Below, in pieces: positions 12,660 to 24,880 of a stretch of DNA of 64,000 nucleotides. Every line of letters starts with the position of its first letter. The first letter of the stretch is position 1. The notes under the pieces were generated by a model that had not been told where the DNA came from, ran no database searches, and saw only the letters and a program-made list of their open reading frames with translations. This DNA is from Stegostoma tigrinum (Eukaryota): the NCBI RefSeq assembly GCF_030684315.1, contig NC_081387.1, positions 26,530,647 to 26,594,646 on the forward strand, written 5' to 3'. A program made the translations under genes and the position numbers.

Positions 12660-13270
12660 AACCTTGACAGATTGATACTACGTGAGTGGGTGAAGAGCTG
12701 ACAAACAGCGTATAACGTGGGGGCAAAAGTGTTTCCCTCATTTTGGAGAGTACAAGTCTACTCTTAAATAGACAAATAGCAAGAAGCTGCAACAAAAAAG
12801 AATTAGCAGTACTTGTGCATGAAACACGTAATTGGGAATGCTAATGGAATGTTGGCTCTTGTTTTGAGAGGGTTGGAGTACAAGCCTAGGGAAGTCTTAC
12901 TGGTGTACAAGGTGCTGGTGAGAGCACAACTGGAGTACTATGACCAGTGTTGGTCCCCTTATCTAACAAAAGAAATGCATTGGAAGCAGCAAGAAAAGCT
13001 CATCAGAATTATCTCTAGTATTGTGAAGGTGTTGGGGGGGGGGGGGGAAGAACACTGAGCAAAGGTCCAACTAGTTTGGACTCTACTCACTGGGGTTTCG
13101 AAGAATGAGGTGACCTTGATGAAATACACAGGATTCTTGAAGCTAGACCAGGTAGGTACTTGGGATGTTTCTCTTACTTGAATCTTTAAGACTAGAGGGC
13201 ATACTGTCATGAAGTTTGATTTTTCTTGAGGGTTGTTTTTAAGAACACGTTGTGCCAGACCTGTGGGGTA
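12660..13270 (+). mobile_element. CR1 LINE 3' fragment
   Basis: ANGMLALVLRGLEYK...YKVLVRAQLEYYDQCWSPYL. Confidence 0.7.
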
Positions 13271-13503
13271 AGACAGCTTGTGTACACCTGAGAACTGAAC
13301 TTCATAGCTTGACTAGTATGAGACTTGAGGGTTCCTGTGAAAAGGAGGGAAAATAGACATGAGGGATGTTGGATTAACTATGGTCCTGGCTGAATGTTCT
13401 ACTCCTGTTTCTAACTGAACTATCCATGCATTGTAAAATGTTGACTTGGTGCTGCCAGAAGTTCTAGGCACCTTTTTGGGAAGGGTGTGAAAGACAGTAA
13501 ATA

Positions 13504-14068
13504 CCACAAACCCACCAACACACTAAAACAGCAGCTAATGAACTTCAAAGACCCTATACAGACAACAAGCAAAGCCACAGTCATCTACAAAATACCTTGC
13601 AAGAACTGTGACAAACACTACATTGGACAAACTGGCAGAAAGCTAGCCACCAGGATACATGAACATCAACTAGCCACAAAACGACATGACCCACTATCAC
13701 TCGTATCCTCTCATACAGATGAGGAAGGACACCACTTTGATTGGGACAACACATCCATCCTAGGACAAGCCAAACAGACACGCACGAGAATTCCTAGAAG
13801 CATGGCATTCCAACCGGAACTCCATCAACAAACACATTGATTTGGAGCTCATCTACCATCACCTGAGGAAAAGAACAGGAAATGACATCACCAACACAAG
13901 GAATCCTAACCAGATAAATAGAAAGCGGGACATAACACCAGCGCTTCACTGGAGGCTCACTGATGTTACCTAGAATGATGACGAAACGTCTGAAAACTAA
14001 CCTTCCAGCTCAGCGAGCAAACTCTCATAAAGAACCTCAACCTGAGCTACAAATCTTCTCAACTTGCT
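13504..14068 (+). mobile_element. Penelope (Poseidon-type) 5'-truncated insertion with 12-bp TSD
   Basis: GIY-YIG motif VIYKIPCKNCDKHYIGQTGRKLATRIHEH; agacagtaaata at 13492-13503 and 14069-14080; damaged hammerhead near 13960-13992. Confidence 0.85.
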
Positions 14069-14635
14069 AGACAGTAAATATTTATAATTGGCTAGTTTTC
14101 TCACAACTGGAGAATTGTCTAAAAATACAGATTTTGACAAGATGTGAAAAAGGCTTAAGCTTATACTAAGATTAATACTATTATCAGATAAATGGGTTTA
14201 GTAACTTCAATAGATTGGAGAAGCTGAAGTCACTTACCTTGGCAACAGAGATATACAAAATTAGGAAGGGTCTGGTCCAATCAGTAGACTAAAAAGAAAC
14301 TAACCATTGCTGGAAGGGCCAAGTGACAGAGCAAAATTAAGGGGAATGGCAAAAGCATGGAATGAAGCTGGAGGAAAACACTTAGATAGAATAGAGATCT
14401 AGACTTCAAAAGGTGGGAGAGGCATTTCAATTCTTTCAAAAGGTAACTAGCGTGTGAATGGAATCATTCAAAAAAGGCTGCCAGAAGAGGGCAGTGGTGA
14501 GTTTAGCTAAATTTCCCTTGGAGTGAGCAATGGCATCTGACAGATCCACACAAGTAAAATTAAGCACTTTAATTTTCCCCAATATTAACTTGGACAGACA
14601 GTGTGAAAGTCTTTAGTGTGCCAATTGGCTTTTTA

Positions 14636-14640
<5 letters not shown>

Positions 14641-14680
<40 letters not shown>
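14641..14680. repeat. (TC)20 microsatellite
   Basis: Read directly. Confidence 0.95.
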
Positions 14681-14682
<2 letters not shown>

Positions 14683-15039
14683 ACTCTCTTGAGGGAGTGA
14701 TGCTGGACCTAGGTTTGTGGAAGATGTGGCAGTGGGTGCCCCATTTTGTTAGTGACCTCTTTAATTCAAGACTTTAAGGCCTTATGGATAAGGAGGAGGG
14801 TAGACCAGAAATGTTTCTCATTTGTTGGAAGTAAGATTATTAAGATGCTGGGATCTGGTCAGATTGGAGTAGCTAGTTTGCAAGAAAATTCACATCAGTG
14901 GTGGGAGTCATTGAAAAATGTGGTGTAGGTCCAATGCTTTGCTGTGAAGGGTGAGACCAAGTTCAGAGAATCCTAGGTAATTGAGGGATGTACAGGACAG
15001 AATACAGGGGGAGAAAAGGAAAGTTTTAAGGTAAAAATT

Positions 15040-16890
15040 TCACTCATCAGCAAATAGCCTAAGTGTACAAAAAATGTCAGAGCCCCCTTAAATAAGACAG
15101 TGAAGAGGGTGCTGAAGAAACCCTTCCTTTTAAGGGGGGGGAAAACGAATGTTTTGTTAGTATATTGGGGGCAAGAGAATAACCCTAACAGGGCAATCTG
15201 TTTAGAACTTGGAAGACATGGTTTGTGAAGATTTTAATGAGTACTTTGCATCTGTATTCACCATAAAGAAGGATGATGTGTATAGAAATTGGGGTGATGG
15301 AAAATGAGTGAGGGGATGTGATACTTGAACAAATTAGCATTGAGGAGGAATGAGTAATTTAACATGCTTGAAACTGTAAAAATCCTTGGCCTAGGTGAGA
15401 TGTAACCCATGCTGCTGAAATCAAGGATCCTAGGGATAAACTAGAAATTCAGTGAATCTAACTGGGGAAAAATTGAGTGACAGAATTGATTTCCTGTTCA
15501 AGAGGCAGAGATGATCAGCATAGCTTTCATTGGGAGAGATCATGTCTAGCAGATTTGATTTGAATTTTTTGTGACTAAATGTGTAGATGAGAATAGTGCA
15601 GTTGATTGTCAAGTTGGATTTCTGACATTGGTTTTGCATTGGAAACTACTTTTTGAGCTGATGGGATCCAGGACACTGGATCTAAAATGGCTTAGCCACA
15701 GGAATCAAAAGTTGATGGTTAAAAGGTGGTTTTGACTGCCAGCAGATTTCAATGGCAGTGACAGGATTTGTCAGTTTTATTAAATTCATTCATGGATGAG
15801 GGTGTTGCTGGCTAGACCATCCTAATTGCCAAGAAGGCAGTTAAATCAACTATATAGCTGTGCACCTGGAGACCACACCTAAGGATGGCAGCTTCCTTCC
15901 TGAAAGGGCATCAGTGAACCAGATGAGTCTTTATTCATAATCATTGGACTCAATTTTTTAAAAATTGAGTTTGACAAATGCCACCATCTGCTGTGGTGGG
16001 ATTCAAACCTGGATCTCTGAACTAACAATCCAGTGATACCATCAGCATGTTGGTTCTGCTTGCTGTTTGTGTACATTAAGAATGTAGGTGGTATGATGAG
16101 TGAGTTCACATTATGATAGAAAATTAGTTATGTGGCAAATAGTGAGGAGCCTTAAACTGCAGATCCTTTTGAAAAGCTGAACAGCAGCAAATGAAATTTC
16201 TCCTGAAAATAAGGTGATATGTCTCATTGTGCAAAGGAGTACATGCTGAATGGTCAGACCCTAGGAAGTACAGAATTGGAGGGACCTTGGTGTGCATGTC
16301 AATGGATGCCTGAAGGCAGCAAGACAATTGGATAAGATGGTTAAACAAGACATGGGATACTTTGTTCCTTATTAGTCAAGGCATTGAATACAAGAGCAAG
16401 GAGTTATGATGGAGCTACAAAAGTTAATCAGACCACAACTGGAATACTGTGATTTTGTTGCACCCACCATCCAAAAAGAATGAGCCTGCACTGGAGGGAT
16501 ACAAGAGATTCACTTGTACAATACCTGGATTGCAATAATTTCTTTAAATGACTAACACTAGGGTAGTTTCCTTTGGCAGAAAAAGCTGAGGGGCATCTGC
16601 GAGAAGTGCAGAAAGTTCTGGGGCTCTGTCAGGGAGAAACTGTTAGTGGAGAAATCAATAACCAAGGAGGACACCTCTTAAGGTAAAGGGAGTTGTTTGA
16701 GGTGGAGGGGGGGGGAAATTCTGAGTATTTGAAACTAACTTCCTAAAACACTGGAGACGGTGACTTTCAAAACAACAAATAAAATGTCACAGCATAAAGT
16801 TACAGGCCAAGTGCTAGAAAATTGGATTGGAAAAGATAGATGTTTGTTTGACCAGTGGGTGAGAGGACCTATTTCTGTTCTATTAAAGCT
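15040..16890 (+). mobile_element. Highly decayed CR1 LINE with an internal SINE
   Basis: Remnants such as ttttaatgagtactttgcatctgtattcac and agaccacaactggaatactgtg, plus a CR1-like 3' end. Confidence 0.6.
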
Positions 16891-17236
16891 GTATAATTTT
16901 AAGTTTTGGGGGTGGTTTGGGGAATAAAAGGGAGTCTGTTTTAGTGAAGCTAATGGTTAGAACATTGTTTAGTTGTGGTCAAATCAGTGTTATCAGTTGT
17001 ATTGTAGTCAGAATAACAAATGTATGCTGTGTCTGACCCAACATGTAACCAACCTCTCACATACCTTCCCATCTTTGCAGAGCAAGGCCTACAAATTTTT
17101 AGGGATATGTGAACAAGTTTGTCTTTAAACTAACACCATTAAATCCTTATCAAGGTTGTCTCATTTCCATTACAGGAAGGTGAAAAGCATTTCATAAACT
17201 GGGGAAATGAAGAAGCACATTGTGCTCTACATAAAG

Positions 17237-17422
17237 ATAATAGGAACTGCAGATGCTGAAGAATCAGCTGGATGAACAGCAGGCCAAACAGGATCTTTCA
17301 GAGCAGAAAAACTGATGTTTTGGGCCTAGACCCTTCATCAGAAAGGGTCTAGGCCCAAAATGTCAGCCTTTCTGCTAAGATGCTGCTTGGCCTGCTGTTC
17401 ATCCAGCTCTACACTTTATCTC
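17237..17422. mobile_element. Mini fold-back (palindromic) Penelope pLTR insertion
   Basis: Two inverted pLTR ends meeting at the hammerhead region; imperfect TSD ttgtgctctacataaag / ttgtgctccatataagg. Confidence 0.75.
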
Positions 17423-17626
17423 TTGTGCTCCATATAAGGCTAGTTGTAATTTTGGTGTTTTACAAAGGGACAGTCCTAATTTGCTGAACACATTCTTTAA
17501 ATATCTGTAATAGTGATTTTTAGTTTTGACTGTCTTTGCCTTTTATTGCTTAAGGCAGAATGAGTATACTTCACTATATTTGTCTTTTTCACATGGGGGT
17601 GTCCTGAAGGTAACAACAGGTACCAT

Positions 17627-17965
17627 CTAATCCAAAACCAGCCCAGCCTGTCTCTGCCTCCCCAACCTGTTCTTCCCCTTGCCCATCCCTTCCTCCCACC
17701 CCAAGCTGCACCTCCATCTCCTACCTACCAACCTCATCCCACCTCCTTGACCTGTCCGTCTTCCCTGGACTGACCTATCCCCTCCTACCTCCCCACCTAT
17801 ACTCTCCTCTCCACCTATCTTCTTTTCTCTCCATCTTTGGTCCACCTCTCCCTATTTATTCCAGAACCCCCTCTCTGAAGGGTCCAGGCCCAAAATGTCA
17901 GCTTTTGTGCTTCTGAGATGCTGCTGGGCCTGCTGTGTTCATCCAGTGTCACATTTTGGTATCTT
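17627..17965 (+). mobile_element. Penelope 3' pLTR fragment
   Basis: Matches the 3' end of the 1926-3539 element. Confidence 0.75.
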
Positions 17966-18552
17966 TGTGAACTTGCTTTTCCTGTTTACAGATGCAAATT
18001 AAACAGCCTACAAGTCATCAGTTTGTGGAAACTGAATAATTTGCACTTGAACATAAAAAGATGCAAAAGTTCCTCATCTATAATGTTTTTAGGATTTGGA
18101 TTTCAAAAGAGGCACATGGATGAGTTCTGTGGCTTCTTTGTTTAAAAGTTAATTTTGAAGGAGTGACCTATAAACAGATATTAAGTGAAATGCTTACCCT
18201 CTTGGGTTTACAAGAAGCAGAATTAAAATAACTTCAATTAACTTTTTAGAACAGAAGATTCAAAGTTTGTTTTCAAAATCCAGAAAGATTGTGTTGAATG
18301 AGCAGGGAACTAACTTTTTCCAACTTGTTCAGAGGAACCAGTCTGCTCAATTAATAGCTGCTTGTCTGTAGAGCTTCCAATCCAGGAGACTAGATTTAAA
18401 TTTTCAAGTTGTTGGAACTTTTGTAAAGTTTCATAGTCAAATTGAAACAAAATAGGTCTCAGCAGTCCAAGGAAAAAGTCAGTTAAGCAAAGCTTTTTAA
18501 AAGCTTTCCCATGGAAGAGATACTATTGGGAACCAAAAACTTATTTTTAATG

Positions 18553-18712
18553 AGAACCAAGGTGTAGAGCTGGATGAACAAGCAGGTTGAGTGGGAAGGC
18601 TGGTGTTTTGGGTTTAGACCTGAAACATCAGCCTTCCTGCTGCTTGGCCAGCTGTGCTCATCCAGCTCTAAACCTTGTTATCCCATTCTCCAGTATCTTC
18701 AGTTCCTATCTC
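18553..18712. mobile_element. Mini fold-back Penelope pLTR insertion
   Basis: Inverted arms, tail on the right arm only, TSD-like aaactt(a)tttttaatg on both sides. Confidence 0.6.
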
Positions 18713-18980
18713 AAACTTTTTTAATGCTAGTGTTAGGATGTCTTCTTTTGTCACTTATTGAACAAGTAAAGCTGTAATAAACTTCATTCTGTTAAAGAAC
18801 AGCTGTCTTGAGTTGACTGCTTCAGTGACTAACAAAATACTAACCAATTGCAAAACTTAAATATTTGTCGAGGTAAGGTTCATTCGGGGAACTGATGTGT
18901 CCAAGACTAACATAAGGTGGGATTATAAATGTTGGATATGTGATCTACTGAGAATGACATCCATAGGAACAGATGTGTTT

Positions 18981-19002
18981 GGGGGGGGGGGGGGGGGGGG
19001 GG
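18981..19002. repeat. G22 homopolymer
   Basis: Read directly. Confidence 0.9.
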
Positions 19003-19166
19003 CGCGGCTGTTTTTTGAAGAAAATCAGAATGGAAACTGAAGGTACCACCACTTTCCTCTTAAATCAGGTGAGATTCAAGAGGGCTTCAGGCCCTGTGCC
19101 TTTTTCAAAAAAGATGTAAGGATAAGCCCAACATTTCAGATCAGCCACTTAAAGATTTTAGTATCG

Positions 19167-19181
19167 GGAAGTTTCTAGAAA
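19167..19181. promoter_or_regulatory. Perfect 3-unit heat shock element (gGAAgtTTCtaGAAa), distal to HSP70 copy 1
   Basis: Matches nGAAnnTTCnnGAAn; lies in a decayed CR1 fragment; function unproven. Confidence 0.4.
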
Positions 19182-19370
19182 CAAATATTCCGGATACAAT
19201 TTGCAGTGAAGAGCTATATGTATTTCTAAAGGGAAAGTTGGAGTAAACATGTTTATTGTAGAGTTATCAAAAGGGATCAAGAGGATAGTGCTAAGGTCTT
19301 TGTATATTTTTCAGAAACCATTTGATAGCTGCACAAATTTTAAGACTTGTAGCTCAAAGAATAAATGAAA

Positions 19371-19635
19371 CAGTAGCTCAGTGGTGAGCACTGCTGCCTT
19401 GCAGTGTCAGAGACCTGGGTTTGATTCCACCCTCTGGTGACTGTGTCTGTGCAAATTCCATATTGTCCCTATGTCTGAATGGGTTTCCTCCCACAGTCTG
19501 CAGATGTACAAGTTAAGTGAACTAGCCATGCTAAATTGCCCATAGTGTTTGAGGATGTGTAGATGGGGTGGGTTGCTCTGAGATTTTGGTGTGGATTTGC
19601 TGGGCCAAAGGCCCTGTTTGCACTCTAAGGATTCT
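19371..19635 (+). mobile_element. HE1-type (V-SINE) elasmobranch SINE
   Basis: tRNA head agctcagtggtgagcactgctgcc...ggtttgattcc, V-domain gggtttcctcccacagtc...ctaaattgccc, CR1-like tail. Confidence 0.75.
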
Positions 19636-20199
19636 GGGTACAAATCTGAGTTTTCAATGAATTAGAATTTCTTTTGCATTTCAAGTATGTAGAAATATTT
19701 GGAGATAACACTTTGAAAATGTCACTTCATGATTCTGTCTATAGATAACAACACTTTTTATAAAAAAAATCACAAACTGAGGAGGCTAGTGTCAAATTCC
19801 AAAACTACAAACTGTCCAAAGCATGTCAATGATCTACATGGCAGGAGAGTGATGAAATAACTTCCTTTTTACCTGGATAAACACAGCTCCAAGGACAAAA
19901 CTAGGTAACAGCCTGTACAGTGCATTCACAAACCTCCCCTAGAGGCATAACGTGTAAACAGCCAAAGGCTTTCCCCAGGGTTGTGGCGTCCAAAACTACA
20001 GGTCTGGCTTTTAAGCTGAGAAGGGAAAGAATTAAAAATGACCTGGGGCAACTGTTTCACATAGCTGATGCTCATGTATGGCATGAGGTTTCTACAATTA
20101 CATTAAAAACGCTTCGGGCTGGGTATATGAAGAGGAAAGATTTGCGGGCTAGGGGCCAAATGCTAGCACATTAGTGGTGGCGGGGGGAGAGAGAGAAGT

Positions 20200-20430
20200 A
20201 TCCTGGGGAGATCCCGCTGGAAACTGCCGCCCCTTTCCAGAACCACCTTCTCCGGACTCGCTCCTTCCAGGACACACGCGCACTGTCGGCGACCCGCCTC
20301 GCTCTCATTGGTCGCCGCTGCAGAACCTTCCACAACATTCCGACCATTACCTCACCGACCCGCTTCCTCATTGGTCTGTACCACCGTCGATCATCCGCCT
20401 GCTGCCGCCCACACGCTCTACATAAAGGGC
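20200..20430 (+). promoter_or_regulatory. HSP70 copy 1 promoter
   Basis: HSE aGAAccTTCcaCAAcaTTCc 20322-20341, partial HSEs near 20235 and 20265, inverted CCAAT at 20307 and 20370, GC box, CATAAA 20421-20426. Confidence 0.8.
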
Positions 20431-20560
20431 CACAACTCAGCCGGAATCGTCACAATCACAGTCGCCAGGTTCGATTGGACGCCACGTGCCAGCTCCATCA
20501 CTACGACAGGAGACATTCCACGGCAGAGGAGAGGACTCAGTGATACACACTCTCATCAAC

Positions 20561-22492
20561 ATGTCCCCTGCAGCTCAAGGAACAGCCATTGGTATTGACC
20601 TGGGTACCACCTACTCCTGTGTCGGGGTCTTCCAGCATGGCAAGGTGGAGATCATCGCCAATGACCAGGGCAACCGCACCACCCCCAGCTACGTGGCCTT
20701 CAATGACACTGAGAGGCTCATCGGAGATGCTGCCAAGAACCAGGTAGCCCTGAACCCACAGAATACCATCTTTGATGCCAAGAGGCTCATCGGAAGGAGG
20801 TTTGATGACCCAGTCGTGCAGTCTGATATGAAGCACTGGCCCTTCCGGGTGGTGAATGAAGGAGGGAAGCCCAAGGTCAGGGTCGAGTACAAGGGTGACA
20901 GTAAAGCCTTTTACCCTGAGGAAATCTCGTCCATGGTGCTGACCAAAATGAAGGAGACAGCAGAGGCTTACCTGGGACACCCTGTCAGTAATGCTGTTAT
21001 CACAGTGCCTGCTTACTTCAATGACTCGCAGCGCCAGGCAACCAAAGATGCTGGTGTGATCGCTGGCCTCAATGTCCTCCGTGTTATCAATGAGCCAACA
21101 GCAGCTGCCATTGCCTATGGCCTGGACAAGAAGGGCAGAGGAGAACACAATGTTCTCATCTTTGACCTGGGGGGTGGCACCTTCGATGTGTCTATCCTCT
21201 CCATTGACGATGGTATCTTTGAAGTGAAATCGACAGCGGGCGACACCCACTTGGGAGGAGAGGACTTTGATAACCGCATGGTCAATCACTTCATTGAGGA
21301 GTTCAAGCGTAAATACAAGAAGGACATCAGTCAGAACAAGAGGGCGGTGAGGAGGCTGAGGACAGCCTGTGAAAGAGCCAAGAGAACCCTGTCTTCCAGC
21401 ACACAAGCCAGCATTGAGATTGACTCCCTGTTTGAAGGCATTGACTTCTACACCTCCATCACCAGGGCTCGGTTTGAGGAGCTGAATGCTGACCTTTTCA
21501 GGGGCACTCTGGAACCAGTGGAGAAAGCTCTGAGAGATGCCAAGTTGGACAAGTCACAGATCCATGATGTTGTCTTGGTTGGGGGCTCCACCCGTATTCC
21601 CAAGATCCAGAAACTGCTGCAAGATTTCTTCAGTGGCAAGGAGCTGAACAAGAGCATCAATCCCGATGAGGCCGTAGCCTATGGGGCAGCTGTTCAAGCA
21701 GCTATTCTGATGGGGGACAAGTCCGAAAATGTTCAGGACCTACTTCTCCTGGATGTTGCTGCCCTGTCGTTGGGCCTTGAGACAGCAGGAGGTGTCATGA
21801 CTGCACTCATCAAGCGCAACACCACCATTCCCACTAAGCAGACCCAGATCTTTACTACCTACTGTGATAACCAGCCTGGTGTGCTTATTCAGGTGTATGA
21901 AGGAGAGCGACCCATGACCAAGGACAACAATCTCCTGGGGAAATTTGAATTGAGTGGCATCGCTCCTGCCCCTCGTGGTGTGCCGCAGATCGAGGTCACC
22001 TTTGATATCGATGCCAATGGCATCTTGAATGTCTCTGCCATTGATAAGAGCACTGGCAAATCGAACAAGATCACTATCAGCAACGACAAGGGCAGGCTGA
22101 GTAAGGAGGAGATTGAGAGGATGGTGCAGGATGCAGAAAAGTATAAGAATGAAGATGAAGCCCAACGGCAGAGGATCGCAGCCAAGAACTCTCTGGAGTC
22201 CTACGCCTTTAACATGAAGAGCACAGTGGAGGATGAGAATGTCAAAAATAAGATCAGTGAGGGAGATAGGAAAAAAGTAATTGAGCAGTGTAACCAGGCC
22301 ATATCCTGGGTGGAGAAGAATCAGACAGCAGACAAGGAGGAGTTTGAGCACAAGCAGAAAGAGCTGGAAAACCTCTGTCGGCCAATCATTTCCAACCTGT
22401 ACCAAGGAGGGGCAGGTGCAACAGGGGGATCTTGCAGAACCCAGGCTGGAAATGCCACTTCCACAGGACCAACTGTGGAGGAGGTGGATTAA
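20561..22492 (+). CDS. hsp70: Heat shock 70 kDa protein, inducible cytosolic type, intronless (copy 1; 643 aa)
   Basis: [22 protein letters not shown] and [13 protein letters not shown] signatures; ends GPTVEEVD; first ATG at 20561; AGTAAA at 22812 is a possible polyA signal. Confidence 0.97.
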   Translation: MSPAAQGTAIGIDLGTTYSCVGVFQHGKVEIIANDQGNRTTPSYVAFNDTERLIGDAAKNQVALNPQNTIFDAKRLIGRRFDDPVVQSDMKHWPFRVVNEGGKPKVRVEYKGDSKAFYPEEISSMVLTKMKETAEAYLGHPVSNAVITVPAYFNDSQRQATKDAGVIAGLNVLRVINEPTAAAIAYGLDKKGRGEHNVLIFDLGGGTFDVSILSIDDGIFEVKSTAGDTHLGGEDFDNRMVNHFIEEFKRKYKKDISQNKRAVRRLRTACERAKRTLSSSTQASIEIDSLFEGIDFYTSITRARFEELNADLFRGTLEPVEKALRDAKLDKSQIHDVVLVGGSTRIPKIQKLLQDFFSGKELNKSINPDEAVAYGAAVQAAILMGDKSENVQDLLLLDVAALSLGLETAGGVMTALIKRNTTIPTKQTQIFTTYCDNQPGVLIQVYEGERPMTKDNNLLGKFELSGIAPAPRGVPQIEVTFDIDANGILNVSAIDKSTGKSNKITISNDKGRLSKEEIERMVQDAEKYKNEDEAQRQRIAAKNSLESYAFNMKSTVEDENVKNKISEGDRKKVIEQCNQAISWVEKNQTADKEEFEHKQKELENLCRPIISNLYQGGAGATGGSCRTQAGNATSTGPTVEEVD

Positions 22493-23079
22493 GAAACCAC
22501 AGAGGACCCTCACTTTAAAGACTTGAGTTAAATGTTACATGGATGTTTACACTGCTCATGATCTTCCTTGTGCTGTGTATCGCATTGACCATTATTCCAC
22601 TTTTACCTCCTGAGACTTTGATTTCTGCTGGATGGAAGGACCTATTATTCATGGCAGTGTAATGCAGTTTGCTTCGCTTTTAAGTTGCATTGCCACTAAG
22701 TTGTTTGATTGTATTTTGATCCATGCTGTTCGGAATTTTTTTAAAATGTAATACTGTTGTTTGTATGGTATGAGATATTTTTGAAGTGAACTCCAAAACT
22801 CAAATGCTTTCAGTAAACTTTTGGCTAAAATTCTTTCTCCTGCTTCTTTCTGTTGAGTTAGATTTTAGCTGCACTGATGAAATACACAACAGTTCCCAAG
22901 GAATTACATTCAGATGTGAAGTGGTCAGCCATTTCTTAGCAATGCCACAAAGCGAATGTTAAAATAACTTATTACAACTTTCCTAGACATTCTAAAATGT
23001 AATATTTTTGCTTGCTGATTATAGTGATTGTTATATTAAGTAAGTAACGGCAGTTAGGTAACTTGTTGCATATTTATAG

Positions 23080-24670
23080 AGTTGTCCAGTTTAACAGACC
23101 CTTCTGTCCCAAATCTCTGTGCAGACCGGATGTCCAAAATAAAACTAGTTCCATTTGCCAGCATTTGGCCCTTATTCCTCGAAACTTTTCCTATTTCTAT
23201 ACCCATTCAGATGCCTTTTAAATGTAGTAACTGCACCAGCCTTTGGCAGCTCATTTAATACATGCATTATCTTCTGCAAAATGTTTCCATTTAGGTCCCT
23301 TTTAAATTTTTCTCCTCTCACTCTTAAAGAATGTGCTCTAGTTTTCGACTACCCTAGTAACGAGACTTTGGCAATTCACCTTATTATGCCCCTCATGATA
23401 ATGATAAACCTCTCCAGGGGAAGATAGCTGCAGCCTGTTCAACCTCTCCCAATAGCTCAAACCGTACAATCCTGGCAACATTCTTGTAAACCATTTGTGC
23501 ACCCTTCTTGTTTAACAATATCTTCCTATAGCAGGGAGGCCAGAATTAAATGCTGTATTCCAAACTTACATAACCCATGACCTGTACAGCTGCAACATCT
23601 ATATTCAATTCACCAACCAATTAGGGCGAGTGTACCAACACCTCCTTCAGTACTGTCTACCTGTGACTACACCTTTTGCAAACTTACTTCCCATTCTGCC
23701 TATATTCAAATCCAGAGTATTTAAATAAATTTCAAAAAGCAGTTGACACAACACTGATCCCTGCAGCACACAGCTGGTCACAGACTTCCAGTTCAAAAAC
23801 CATCAGCTTGTCTCCTACCTTCAGCCAACTTTGTATCCAGATGGCTCGGTCTCCCATGTGATCTAACCTTGGTAACACATCTACCATGTGGAACCTTGTT
23901 GAACTCTATACAGACGATGTTTAACACTCTGCCTTCATCTGTCCTTGTCACTTCAAAAAGCCAGGTTAGAGAGACATGGTTTCTTACATACAAATGTGTC
24001 TTGACAATCCCAAATCAGTTCCTGCCTTTCCAAATACATGGTAAATCCTTGTCTTCAGAAGCCACTCCAACAACTTACCCACCAGTGACACAGGCTCACC
24101 CAGTCTATAACTCCCCGGCTTTTCCTTACAACCTTTCTGCAATAATGGCACAACAATAGCTACCCTCCAGTCTTCTGGCACCTCAGCCATGGCTATCAAT
24201 GATAAAATTATCTCAGCAAGGGACCCAGGAATCACTTAATAAAAACCAAAAGAACTGCAGATGCTGTAAATCAGGAACAAAAACAGAGTTGCTGGAAAAG
24301 CTCAGCAGATCTGGCAGCATCTGTGGAAGAGAGGAAGTTCTGAGGAAGGGTCACCAGACCCGAAACGGTAACTCTGTTTTCTCCCCCAAAGATGTTGCCA
24401 GACCTGATGAGCTTTTCCAGCAACTTTGTTTTTGACCGAGACTTGCCTAGTTTTGGGAGACACCTGTTCGGCTCCTGGGAATTTATCTACATTTATGCAT
24501 TTTAAGATGTCTAGCATCTCCTCCTTTTAATGTGGACTTTTCAAGATATCACTGTTTATTTCTCCAAGTTCTCTAGCTTCTACATCTTTCTCCACAGTAA
24601 ATAGAGATGTGAAATTAGTATCACCCATCTCCTGCAGTTCCCTACATAGATGGCCTTGCTGACCTTCACT
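23080..24670 (-). mobile_element. Decayed CR1 LINE
   Basis: VPEDWRVAIVVPLLQKGCKEKPGSYR, IEFNKVPHGR and a CR1 3' end. Confidence 0.75.
24238..24434. mobile_element. Fold-back pLTR element with a central hammerhead-like motif (24336-24373)
   Basis: Inverted arms; AGTT-CTGAGGA-A-GGGTC(acca)GACCC-GAAA-CGGT-AACT, with the cleavage-site U replaced by G. Confidence 0.7.
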
Positions 24671-24880
24671 TAAAATCAATGGAGAAATGCTCCCAAATGT
24701 GGAATGTTTCATCAAGTTGGGAAGTTAGCTCCCATCTATGGGAATAGTATGAAGCAAAATTTGAGCAGGAATTATTTCAAATGATATTAAGGCAGAGTGC
24801 CATACCTGTATGTTTACAATAGAGTTTAGGTTTTCTATAAGGAGATGTAGGTGCAGAGATCCAACAAGTAAAAACCTTTG

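Noticed and set aside
19371-19445. tRNA gene (also 8420 and 3940-4010)
   Set aside because: These are tRNA-derived SINE heads continuing into SINE bodies, with no full cloverleaf.
20486-20560. 25-aa N-terminal extension of HSP70 (668-aa ORFs; also 33106 and 44457)
   Set aside because: It starts at GTG, an ORF-caller alternative start. The ATG at 20561/33181/44532 has a good context and aligns with the usual HSP70 N-terminus.
20537-22513. Long antisense ORFs (289, 257 aa and similar) over each HSP70
   Set aside because: This is a known by-product of HSP70 codon usage; apparent conservation just mirrors the sense gene, and the frame is broken by stops.
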